This document shows, piece after piece, positions 18,131-27,560 of a DNA stretch of 64,000 bases (the first letter of the stretch is position 1; each line of letters starts with the position of its first letter). This DNA comes from Candidatus Heimdallarchaeota archaeon (GTDB taxonomy: Archaea > Asgardarchaeota > Heimdallarchaeia > Hodarchaeales > Hodarchaeaceae), in contig CP070695.1 in assembly GCA_020353515.1 (NCBI GenBank), positions 666,843 to 730,842 of the forward strand, given 5' to 3'. The notes under the pieces were generated by a model. The model had not been told where the DNA came from. It worked only from the letters and a program-made list of their open reading frames with translations, and ran no database searches. The position numbers were made by a program, and so were the translations under genes.

Positions 18131-19084
18131 TTACATATCTATATGATGGTAATATTTGATCTTTTTTCCATAAATTTGTTGAAATGTCATATGAACGGTT
18201 TGAGGCGGAATCAAACCCGCTTCAGTAATGTAAGCCGAGATATTGTATCTATCAATTGTTTCAAAAGCAGGATTCAGGATTCTAATCCCTGGGGGAACAT
18301 CTTCGTCCCAGATTTCAAATGGAGCTCGCATTTCGATTTCACTAAGACGGCCAATGCTTGTAGCTTGATCATATTTTAAGAGAGAAGTACAAATATACAT
18401 TGGAATATGTTCTTCTTCCGCTGCTAACGCACAAAGACGGGAACCAATTTTGTTTAGGGCTACTCCTTCGACAGTTATCGCATCTGCTCCTAAAAATATC
18501 ATGTGAGGATTGAAAATGTTCATTGCCCATCGCATTGCCGAGTCTACAATATGTGTTACTCGAATATTATTATTTATCAGCCTCTTGGCTGTTTTCCTGC
18601 CTTGAAAGAGAGGTCTTGTTTCTGTAGAAATAACCTCGAAATCTTTACCTTGTTTAGCAGCTTCAAGAAAGATCCCTACAGTGATAGAGGAATGGCAGTG
18701 AGTGAATACTCTTGAGCCATCTTGAATCCTTTCAGCGCCAGTTTTGAAGATTTTCAATTTAGCATCATTTATAAGGTCAATATATCTATTTCCATGATCC
18801 ACAGCAGACTCATTTCCATCAATTTGGATACCTGTCATTACATATCGTAATCCGTTTCTTAATGCTGGTTCTGTAACCCTTACCCTACTGAGTTGATCAA
18901 CAACGGCCTCTAAATGATTAAATAATTCTTTTTCTTTTAATGGAACAGTCTTTGCATGATTTGCAAAAGCACGAACCCCAAAAATGGCAACATTTGTAGC
19001 ACCTTGAATTGATAGATTTTTAATTTTCTTCATTGTACTTTTTAGCTTGCGATACTCTGGGGTTTCTGCAAAATTGATTTTCAC
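18131..19084 (-). CDS. Ribose-1,5-bisphosphate isomerase (eIF2B alpha/beta/delta family)
   Basis: IQGA, RVTEPALRN, THCHSS (catalytic Cys), ETRP..QG, GADAI, NKIGS, NPAFE. Confidence 0.88.
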   Translation of the reverse strand: MKINFAETPEYRKLKSTMKKIKNLSIQGATNVAIFGVRAFANHAKTVPLKEKELFNHLEAVVDQLSRVRVTEPALRNGLRYVMTGIQIDGNESAVDHGNRYIDLINDAKLKIFKTGAERIQDGSRVFTHCHSSITVGIFLEAAKQGKDFEVISTETRPLFQGRKTAKRLINNNIRVTHIVDSAMRWAMNIFNPHMIFLGADAITVEGVALNKIGSRLCALAAEEEHIPMYICTSLLKYDQATSIGRLSEIEMRAPFEIWDEDVPPGIRILNPAFETIDRYNISAYITEAGLIPPQTVHMTFQQIYGKKIKYYHHIDM

Positions 19085-19489
19085 AAGAAATACTCTCCTA
19101 GAAAAATAACTAACAGATTGGGATACTTTTTTGACTTTACTTAATATTTCTATTATAACCTCAAAACGTAATTTTGATTCTTCTACTCTAGCCCAAGGAA
19201 CACAAAAGAAAATAAGGGCAATTATATTAAAGATCTTGAAATTTATTACCTTAGATTAAGGATTTCAGAGGTACTTATTTAGAATACAGTTGAAAAAGTA
19301 TCTTTCATCCAAATTATTACGACAATAAGCTAAATTATTCTTTTTTTAATATAAGATGTTCTATAGAATTATTTTTCAGAAAATTAAAAGCTGGATTTGT
19401 AAAAATTTATGAGTGTAGGTTAAAAAATTGTACACAACATACTTATTTATTTGAATTAAGAACAATGACTGATCTAAACTAATCGGTGG

Positions 19490-20440
19490 TTGTCAGTGTC
19501 AAGTATATTGCGAAGAATATTCAAAGGCAAGACAGTCGAGAAATATGAAATAACTATTGTAGGCCTCGACGGCGCTGGAAAAACCACAATTGTGAATCGG
19601 TTATTACGCTCTGAATTTGTTCCTACAACACGAACTCTGGGTGTTAACTACCGAACTGTGAAATATCGGCAGATTGAGTTCAACTTAGTTGATTTAGGTG
19701 GACAAGAAATTTATCGGAACCTTCTCTGGTATGATTCTTTAGAAAAGGCTTCAGCTATCGTTTTTGTGTTGGATAGTGCGGATCTTCGTCTTACAGAAGC
19801 ATCGAACGCGTTTTGGGACTCAATCCAACGAAATGAGAAAGTACCTGTCCTTTTTATTGCTAATAAAATAGACCTGCCAGGTGCTAGAGCATTTGACCTC
19901 ATCGTCCAGGATCTTGATTTACCACGAGCACAAAGATCTGCGAGGCCAGTGGGCCTCTTTCGAATCTCTGCAAAAACTGGAGAGAACTTCTACGACGCGT
20001 TTGATTGGGTAGCCGATGTTCTCACAGGAGAAGAATCCACATTTAAATGTAAAGTACGTGTTGTGATTTTAATAAATCTCGAGTCTCACCAGATATATAC
20101 AACTAAGTTTACAAACATAGACCGCTCTATTCTGGATCAATTAAATATGGGTATTAGTGAAACTGTAAAAGAGTTATCTAAGAACCTAACTGGGATGGAA
20201 GTAATTACTGCGTCTGATCTCCAGCTCACTATTGTGAAAAACCATCCTTTAGTGATTGGGCTTATAATTGGTTACTCAGATTCTGTCGTACGGGCTAAAC
20301 TCATTGCTGAAAGATTATTGAAAACAGCTTCAGCGTCAATTGAAATTGATCAATTTGATTCACGTGTTTTACTAAAATTAATGAAGAAACAGTGGCCCCT
20401 AGACATCTATAAACCAAAAATCCAATTTGAAATTGATTAG
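19490..20440 (+). CDS. Arf-like small GTPase fused to a C-terminal longin/roadblock-like domain
   Basis: GLDGAGKT, TRTLG, DLGGQ, ANKID, SAKTG; amphipathic N-terminal helix; about 125-aa alpha/beta C-terminal domain. Confidence 0.85.
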   Translation: MSVSSILRRIFKGKTVEKYEITIVGLDGAGKTTIVNRLLRSEFVPTTRTLGVNYRTVKYRQIEFNLVDLGGQEIYRNLLWYDSLEKASAIVFVLDSADLRLTEASNAFWDSIQRNEKVPVLFIANKIDLPGARAFDLIVQDLDLPRAQRSARPVGLFRISAKTGENFYDAFDWVADVLTGEESTFKCKVRVVILINLESHQIYTTKFTNIDRSILDQLNMGISETVKELSKNLTGMEVITASDLQLTIVKNHPLVIGLIIGYSDSVVRAKLIAERLLKTASASIEIDQFDSRVLLKLMKKQWPLDIYKPKIQFEID

Positions 20441-20452
20441 AAGTAAAAATTA

Positions 20453-22759
20453 CTAAAGATAATCTTTTAATCCTAAAATATCTTTTTTTCCGATTTCTGA
20501 TTTACCTAAAAGCTTACGTTCTAACTCTATAAACTCTTTAATGATTCTATCATTGATACTAGGATGAACAGCTTTTTTAGCTTCATGAAAATGACGGAGT
20601 TCAATTAAATCTGCGTTTAAGTCTTCACGGAGAGCAATCATTACTGCTTCGCGGCATATTGCCGCGATATCAGCACCTACATAACCTTCTAAGTCACTTG
20701 CGAGTTGAGAAAGATCTACATCAGTTCCTAACTTCATTCCATTTGTATGAATCTTTAGAATCTTTTTCCGAGATTCCATATCTGGTGGTTTCACTAGAAG
20801 TAGCCGATCAAATCTTCCTGGTCGGAGAAGGGCTGGGTCAATCATATCGGGCCGATTACTTGCCCCTAAGACCATAACATCACGAAGACTCTCTAAGCCG
20901 TCTAGCAATGATAATATTTGGTTCACTACGCTTTCCGTGACATGACTTCCACCTGCAAAAGCCCCTCGACGGGGAGCGATAGCGTCAAGCTCATCCAGAA
21001 ATATAATAGAAGGGGAAGCTTGTTTAGCTTTTCTAAAAACTTCCCGAACAGCTTTCTCACTCTCACCAACCCACTTTGATAATAATTCAGGCCCTCTAAT
21101 GGCTATGAAATTTGCTTGGCTTTCAGTGGCAACTGCTTTAGCTAAAAGGGTTTTTCCAGTACCAGGGGGTCCATAAAGAAGAATACCATGAGGAGGTGTG
21201 ACACCATGACGTTGAAAAATCTCAGGATGAACTATAGGCCACTCTACAGCCTCAATAAGTTGTTGTTTTACTGTTTCTAGGCCACCAATGTCATCCCAAT
21301 GAATATTTGGAATTTCAAGGAGTACTTCTCGCATTGCTGATGGTTCTGTTATCTTGAGTGCTTCATCAAAATTCTCTTTAGACACAACTAGTTTTGAAAG
21401 AATCTCGGGCGTAAGAGGCTTGTCAAAATCTATTCTAGGTAAGACCTTTCGGAGAGTATGCATTGCAGCCTCTTTTGTAAGAGCAGCAATATCTGCTCCA
21501 ACAAATCCGTGAGTTTTTGCTGCGTATTCATTTAGATCGACATCATCTGCTAAAGGCATCCCTCTAGTGTGAACTAATAGCACCTCATAACGACCATTTT
21601 TATCAGGAACCCCAATTTCAATTTCCCTATCAAATCGGCCAGGTCTACGTAAAGCGGGATCAAGAGCATTAGGTCGATTCGTCGCTCCGATTACTATTAC
21701 TTTACCACGGCTCTTTAATCCATCCATTAATGCGAGAAGTTGGGCTACAACACGTCTTTCAACCTCTCCAGTCACCTCCTCACGTTTTACAGCGATAGAA
21801 TCCAACTCATCAATAAAAATAATGCTAGGTGCCTCTTTTTCCGCATTTTGGAAAATTTCACGAATACGCTGTTCGCTCTCTCCATAGAATTTTGACATAA
21901 TTTCTGGTCCAGCTATTGAAACAAAATTGACACCAGATTCATTTGCAACAGCTTTTGCAAGTAAGGTTTTTCCTGTTCCAGGAGGACCATGTAATAATAC
22001 ACCTTTAGGGGGGTCAATCCCTAAACGCTCAAAGAGTTGGGGGTGTTTCATTGGAAGTTCTATCATCTCCCTAACTCTTTTAATTTCTTCTGACAGCCCA
22101 CCAATATCCTCATAGGTCACACGTGGCATCATTCGAAGATCTTTAGGTGCTTCCTCTACAATTTTAACTTCCGTTGTATCACCTACAGTTACAATGCCAT
22201 CAGGATCCGTTGCTACAACCACAACCTTAATTTCACCTAAAGAAACAGGACTCGTTGCACCAAAAAAACGAGATATAAAATCATCCATTCCTGTTCCTGT
22301 AGTACCTCCTCCAGAGGGAGGAATCTTACGAATTTGCCCTGTAATAACTAGTAAATCTCCACGGGAAACAGGATGGTTTTGTAAACGTTCACGTATGATC
22401 TCTGATCTTACTAAAAGGCGAATTCTTTCTTCTGCAGGAGCAATCGTGATGCGTTTTGCTTCCCGTTTTTTAATTTTCCTGATTCGAACTGTTTCACCTA
22501 AGCTTGTTCCCACATTACCGCGAATCAACCCATCCATTCGAATGATATTTTTCCCCCGATCTTCTCTTCTTCCAGGTATGACTAAAGCACCTGTTTTTTT
22601 TCCTCCTGCCCTCTCACTGGCGATTTCCACAATATCACCAGTTTCTAATCCATTCTCCCGCATGATAGAGTAATCAACTCTAACTAATCCTCGGCCAACA
22701 TCACCTTGATTGGCTTCAACTACTTTTAAAAGTAGGTCCTTCTCATTATCATCTGTCAT
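20453..22759 (-). CDS. cdc48: CDC48/p97 (VAT) AAA+ ATPase
   Basis: N domain plus two AAA modules (GPPGTGKT x2, DELD x2, DPALRRPGRFDR / DPALLRPGRFDR); C-terminal HbYX motif DYL. Confidence 0.97.
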   Translation of the reverse strand: MTDDNEKDLLLKVVEANQGDVGRGLVRVDYSIMRENGLETGDIVEIASERAGGKKTGALVIPGRREDRGKNIIRMDGLIRGNVGTSLGETVRIRKIKKREAKRITIAPAEERIRLLVRSEIIRERLQNHPVSRGDLLVITGQIRKIPPSGGGTTGTGMDDFISRFFGATSPVSLGEIKVVVVATDPDGIVTVGDTTEVKIVEEAPKDLRMMPRVTYEDIGGLSEEIKRVREMIELPMKHPQLFERLGIDPPKGVLLHGPPGTGKTLLAKAVANESGVNFVSIAGPEIMSKFYGESEQRIREIFQNAEKEAPSIIFIDELDSIAVKREEVTGEVERRVVAQLLALMDGLKSRGKVIVIGATNRPNALDPALRRPGRFDREIEIGVPDKNGRYEVLLVHTRGMPLADDVDLNEYAAKTHGFVGADIAALTKEAAMHTLRKVLPRIDFDKPLTPEILSKLVVSKENFDEALKITEPSAMREVLLEIPNIHWDDIGGLETVKQQLIEAVEWPIVHPEIFQRHGVTPPHGILLYGPPGTGKTLLAKAVATESQANFIAIRGPELLSKWVGESEKAVREVFRKAKQASPSIIFLDELDAIAPRRGAFAGGSHVTESVVNQILSLLDGLESLRDVMVLGASNRPDMIDPALLRPGRFDRLLLVKPPDMESRKKILKIHTNGMKLGTDVDLSQLASDLEGYVGADIAAICREAVMIALREDLNADLIELRHFHEAKKAVHPSINDRIIKEFIELERKLLGKSEIGKKDILGLKDYL

Positions 22760-22826
22760 TTGGCAAACAATTCCCTAATGCCATTTTTCTTCAATTTATT
22801 CCTAGTTCGAAAGAATTATAATTATT

Positions 22827-23648
22827 TCACCTGTCATTACCTGTTGAATTAATCAATTTATGAAGGTATGCTTTTGCGGCAAGGACTTCTTTCTTAGAAA
22901 CCTCCTCTGAGCTAGCTGATTTAGAAATGATCAGGTGTATTTTTTTTTCTTCCTGATACGCTTCTGGAAGTGATTTTATCCACACATCATATTTTTGACG
23001 TACTTGTGCTAAGAATGGAGCAAGTAACGATTCATCTGTGAAATGTGTGATAAATTCTGTTTCATAATAACCAATTTTTTTTTCTTTTTTTAAAACAGAG
23101 ATTTTTGACTCAACCGCTTTATACATTTCCTTCATCTCACGGGGAACTCCAGGAAGACAGAAAATCCATGTGTTTGATGGACTATAGATAAAAAAGATAC
23201 CAGGAGCAGTTCCCACTGGATTATTAATAGCTTGAGATCCAACAGGCAAAATTGCCATTTTTTTACGTGCTGAAGTAATCTCAGCAGTATCTACTAAGTT
23301 TTTATTAAATAGGTCTTTATAACGCTCGGTAACTATTGATAAAGCCTCCATATTAAGTTCAGTATCCACATCTAATGCCTTAGCTAAGAAATTTGAAGTC
23401 GAATCATCCCAAGTAGGGCCTAATCCTCCTGTTATCAGAATAAGTCTATAGTCACCTGAAGAAAGAAGAAGAGAAATCTCTTGTGGGACTATTACTGGAT
23501 CATCAGGAATAGTCAAGATTTTTTGAACAACAAAGCCGAAATTTGTGAGTCTTTTTGCAAGGAAGTTAGCGTTTGTGTTAATAGTTTTACCTGACAACAA
23601 CTCATTACCAATAGATATCAAGCAAACTCTCATTTTTAAAAGCCTCAA
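22827..23648 (-). CDS. CinA-like (MoCF-domain) competence/damage-inducible protein
   Basis: IGNELLSG..INTN, TGGLGPTWDD, NPVGTAPG, LPGVPREM. Confidence 0.9.
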   Translation of the reverse strand: MRLLKMRVCLISIGNELLSGKTINTNANFLAKRLTNFGFVVQKILTIPDDPVIVPQEISLLLSSGDYRLILITGGLGPTWDDSTSNFLAKALDVDTELNMEALSIVTERYKDLFNKNLVDTAEITSARKKMAILPVGSQAINNPVGTAPGIFFIYSPSNTWIFCLPGVPREMKEMYKAVESKISVLKKEKKIGYYETEFITHFTDESLLAPFLAQVRQKYDVWIKSLPEAYQEEKKIHLIISKSASSEEVSKKEVLAAKAYLHKLINSTGNDR

Positions 23649-24005
23649 AAAACATAAATCTATTGATTTAACTACTGCATGGACATTTCTTTCATCAAAA
23701 CACTTGAATAAAAGAGATTGTCCTTAATTCTAATATATAAAAATCCTTGAAAATCTTTTCTGTGTTCAATATGTTTAGTAGAAATACATTGGATTTTCTA
23801 TGAATTATGAAGCAAAGTACCAATATTAAAGAGTTCATTCAACATTCAAAGGTTTGATTTATTTGATCTGATTTGATTAATTTAAAAAAGGGGAAAATTA
23901 TCGTGAACTAAAGCTTATCATTGTAATACACATATATAACTGAAACATATAAAGAACATACTCTGTAACTAATGACGAAAAAGGACTCCACCTCACTATC
24001 AAAGG

Positions 24006-27000
24006 ATGCTTGTTAATATGGCCTCGGAAGGAAAACTTCTGGTTTCGAAGGAAGTTCTTCATAAAATTAGAGATTTAGTGACTGAACTACGCTCAATTGA
24101 CCCTACAGTGCAAGTCGTCTCCGCTTTAAATGAAGCTCAAAAATTAGTGATAGAAATTGAAAAATTAGAGATAGCTTTACCTAAAGCTGGATTTTTTAAA
24201 AAGAGGGGAATTAGAAAAACTCTTACTCAGGATAGAGAAAAGTACAATAAGCTTACCGAGGAGTTACTTAACGCTCTTTTAGTTGGATTTCGTAAGATTT
24301 ACTTTGATCTAGCAAACAACATCAAAGAAATAGCTAAGTTTATCCCCCAAGAAACGGAGACTATACGGAAACTACAGATCCCGAGTTTTGATGTGAACGA
24401 AATTCTGAGGTTTAGTTCGAATGTTCTGAGAACATATAATCAGATTTCCGAGGTTCTACGAGGAAAAAATGTTTCAATCTTATTATTTAATCGTGAAATA
24501 ATCGAGCTATATGGAAAATTTGTCAATTTTGATGAAGAAAAGGTTCGGGCAACTAATCAAACAACAAAAACTAGTATCCATGTGATGACAATTCCAGATT
24601 TACTTGAAGTTTATAGTATGCTGGAAGCTGAAAATGCGTATCTAAAACAACGAAGGAAGGGTACAGAGGGTAAAATTCAACTGGCAATTGTTCAAATGTC
24701 CTCTGAGCTGCAACAGCATATTGATACTGTTGCATCAATTGGTTTAGATCTTTGGAGCAAAATTGATATATTGAAAGAGGAAGTCCAAGATATTCAAACC
24801 AATGCGGACAGAACTACCTCAGTAGAAACTCTCATCTCATTAGAAAAGCGGTTAAATTCTCTAAGTAATGAATTCATCAACATGTTACGAACCTATGAGA
24901 TATCCCTTAAGACAGAAACAGAGGATCAAATTGGACGCATAATACAAATTTTTGGAAAAGAAGGATTAGAATCAGCTTTTTCCCCAGTTCCAGAAACAGA
25001 TATTTCATCTACTAGTATCCCAACCATAATCCAAGATATCGAAAAAATACGTTCTTGGCGCCAACAACAGATTATTGCTACAAAGAAAATCCTAAGTACG
25101 TCAGAGTTAGTTAATTCATCTAAAGCTATACGTGCGATGAAGATACCAGTTCCTCAAGATTTTGTGAAGAATGTACGTACGATTGAGAAAGAAGCAGCAA
25201 AAACAAGCGATCTACAAGAGTGGGTAGAATTAGCAAAGCGTTATTATGACTTGAAATCATCTCTAGCTGAAGAATGTCAAAACTATTTCTTTAGGCTACT
25301 TGAAAATCCACATATTCAAGAGGTCATTAACTTAAGTGAAGGGCCTCAAATTCCAACCATTCGCGATTTTGAAGCTCTCAGTCCCAGTGAATTGAGTACT
25401 AAAGCTCGTGAAATAAAAGATTGGGAGACCCGTTTGGTTGCATATTTCTCAAAGCCAGCTCAACAAAGTCTTAGACAAAATTTGTTAAATCTATATGATT
25501 CCCGTGAAAGTTTACGAGACATCTTATCTGAAGACCTAAAAACTCAAATCGATTATCAAAGAAAGCAGAAAATTGCCGAAGAAATTGATATACGCGATTT
25601 AGTTCATGAGATTGAAGGTCTACATAGACTTAATTCAAATATAAAAACTGAACTTTGGAACAAAATAGACAATGAAATACATCCTATTTACAATCAACTA
25701 ACTAATCTCGAAACAATTCCCCCAAAACTAAAGGTACATGTCCCAATTCTAGCAATAGACGATTTAAAATCCTTCCGAGAAGAGGTTGGTGAGGCAGCTC
25801 AAAAAAGTACTCAGGAGCTCTTAGATGAGTACGAAAAAATTCCCCTCTGGAAATATAAGATTTCATCACGGATTCGTGAAAATTTGAAATCAATACCCTT
25901 TCCACTAATTCCTGTAGAGACACGTTTCGATTTGAGGGAAAAGCGTAACCAAATTGTGGAACTTATTGATGAATATTCAGAATTAGGAAATATAGAGGCT
26001 GTAATTAAAGAATATATCTCCTTTTTAGAAACGATTGAAGAGAATAAGAAAGAAATTCTTATCGAATTGAAAAAACAAATCGGAAATCTAGAAGGAGTCG
26101 ATAGAAGATTATTTAGATTACTAAAATCTCGAAAGACCAGTTTAATTTATTCTACTGATAAAGAAATCGATGGACTTGATTATTCCGAAGCTCTAACAGA
26201 ATTTTGGCAATTATCAGCTTTTATCGATCGGAAAGCATCTACATTAGCAGAACAAATGGAACGTGAAATTTCCTCTCATATTCAGGACTATTCAAAGCTT
26301 CCTATTCAGTATGCAGGTTTTTTTGATGAAACTTTGGATCTTATGAAAGAAAAGATGGATGAAATCAAAACTCATAAAGATATTGTTCGTTTAGTCAATG
26401 TTTTTGAGAGTTACAGCTTGGAAAGCTTACAGATGTCAAAAGATTCCTTAGCTAAACTTCATCAGAATCTCTATAACTGGTTAAGAGTTAGTCTTCCGAG
26501 GATAAACGAAATAACACCTCTTGATGATACTATTTTTAGCGCAGAGAAGAAAGTTGCCGATTTTGAGGCTGAAGAAGTCTCTCATGAACGATTAGCTCAT
26601 AAATTAAGACAGCTGATTTTCCTCTATGATACAGAAATATTATCTGTCTTGCTGACACATGGAGTACAAGAATCACGAAGGGTTCTGAAAAATGTTAATG
26701 ATTTGAAAGAAGTCGGTATCAATATCATTGAGTTTGTTGGAGGGTATATTGAAAATTTTAGTCAAATAATTGTCAAAAACCAAGAAGATGTTCAATTACG
26801 AGAAATCACAGATGTTTTTGTCGAGATTGATAATTTACAGACTGATCCCAAAGCTTGTCGCGAAATTCGTTCAATGGGAAAACGATATATTACTGAAATT
26901 CAAGATTCCGTTGAATATCTATTTAATCATTATCAAATTGATTTACGTCAGGATGAACGGGTTGATCTTGCATACCTAAGTCAGTTTCAAGAAATAGCAA

Positions 27001-27521
27001 CAACTGATCATGTTAGTCGTTTAACTGAAGCAATTCTCAGACTAGTAGCAGTGAGAAGTTCTGTAATTGAGATCATGAAAACAATTGAAAAAAGTCGAAA
27101 TGCATCCTTGCAAACTGAATTAGGGGAGTTAGAATACTATTCTAACATTCAAGAAGTGTTTAAGAGATATACTGAAGAAGCTTCAAAGAAGATATTTCCT
27201 TTATCTGAGTTAGTAAAAGCTCGTGAGGAATTTCTTGATTCTCATGATCTTAGATATATATTGGAGTTATTACCACAAATAGATGAACAAAGAAATGAGT
27301 GGAAAAAAGTATCAATCCAGCTAAATCATTGGCACCGTGCAGTTCGAATGTTTCGGCCACGATATACACCAACAGAAAGTAGAGAAGAGAATTTACGGTT
27401 TTACAAAGAAATATCGAAGAAAATTAAAGAAACATATCCTCACAACGAAGTAATTCGTTCATATTTGAGCTTAGTTATGAAATTACTTATTGAAATTAAA
27501 TCTGGAATTAAATTGGATTAA
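24006..27521 (+). CDS. Large all-helical tandem-repeat protein (about 15 repeats of about 68 aa)
   Basis: 1171 aa, E/L/I/K-rich, no TM or NTPase motif; recurring helix N-cap motif (TIPDLL, SVETLI, SIPTII, DLQEWV, DIRDLV, NIEAVI, DIVRLV, DLRYIL). Confidence 0.75.
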   Translation: MLVNMASEGKLLVSKEVLHKIRDLVTELRSIDPTVQVVSALNEAQKLVIEIEKLEIALPKAGFFKKRGIRKTLTQDREKYNKLTEELLNALLVGFRKIYFDLANNIKEIAKFIPQETETIRKLQIPSFDVNEILRFSSNVLRTYNQISEVLRGKNVSILLFNREIIELYGKFVNFDEEKVRATNQTTKTSIHVMTIPDLLEVYSMLEAENAYLKQRRKGTEGKIQLAIVQMSSELQQHIDTVASIGLDLWSKIDILKEEVQDIQTNADRTTSVETLISLEKRLNSLSNEFINMLRTYEISLKTETEDQIGRIIQIFGKEGLESAFSPVPETDISSTSIPTIIQDIEKIRSWRQQQIIATKKILSTSELVNSSKAIRAMKIPVPQDFVKNVRTIEKEAAKTSDLQEWVELAKRYYDLKSSLAEECQNYFFRLLENPHIQEVINLSEGPQIPTIRDFEALSPSELSTKAREIKDWETRLVAYFSKPAQQSLRQNLLNLYDSRESLRDILSEDLKTQIDYQRKQKIAEEIDIRDLVHEIEGLHRLNSNIKTELWNKIDNEIHPIYNQLTNLETIPPKLKVHVPILAIDDLKSFREEVGEAAQKSTQELLDEYEKIPLWKYKISSRIRENLKSIPFPLIPVETRFDLREKRNQIVELIDEYSELGNIEAVIKEYISFLETIEENKKEILIELKKQIGNLEGVDRRLFRLLKSRKTSLIYSTDKEIDGLDYSEALTEFWQLSAFIDRKASTLAEQMEREISSHIQDYSKLPIQYAGFFDETLDLMKEKMDEIKTHKDIVRLVNVFESYSLESLQMSKDSLAKLHQNLYNWLRVSLPRINEITPLDDTIFSAEKKVADFEAEEVSHERLAHKLRQLIFLYDTEILSVLLTHGVQESRRVLKNVNDLKEVGINIIEFVGGYIENFSQIIVKNQEDVQLREITDVFVEIDNLQTDPKACREIRSMGKRYITEIQDSVEYLFNHYQIDLRQDERVDLAYLSQFQEIATTDHVSRLTEAILRLVAVRSSVIEIMKTIEKSRNASLQTELGELEYYSNIQEVFKRYTEEASKKIFPLSELVKAREEFLDSHDLRYILELLPQIDEQRNEWKKVSIQLNHWHRAVRMFRPRYTPTESREENLRFYKEISKKIKETYPHNEVIRSYLSLVMKLLIEIKSGIKLD

Positions 27522-27560
27522 CATTTCCTTACAAATAAACGATAAAAAGAGCGTGTCAAA

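Noticed and set aside
18131-19084. Translation factor eIF2B subunit
   Set aside because: The catalytic Cys (HCHS) and Asp plus substrate-binding motifs fit ribose-1,5-bisphosphate isomerase better
22194-22673. 159-aa + strand ORF and similar antisense or alternate-frame ORFs (e.g. 36110-36562, 54141-54527, 57307-57675, 58528-58893)
   Set aside because: They lie wholly or almost wholly within confidently assigned genes; shadow ORFs
24006-27521. SMC/Rad50 ATPase
   Set aside because: No Walker A/B, signature motif, hinge or zinc hook
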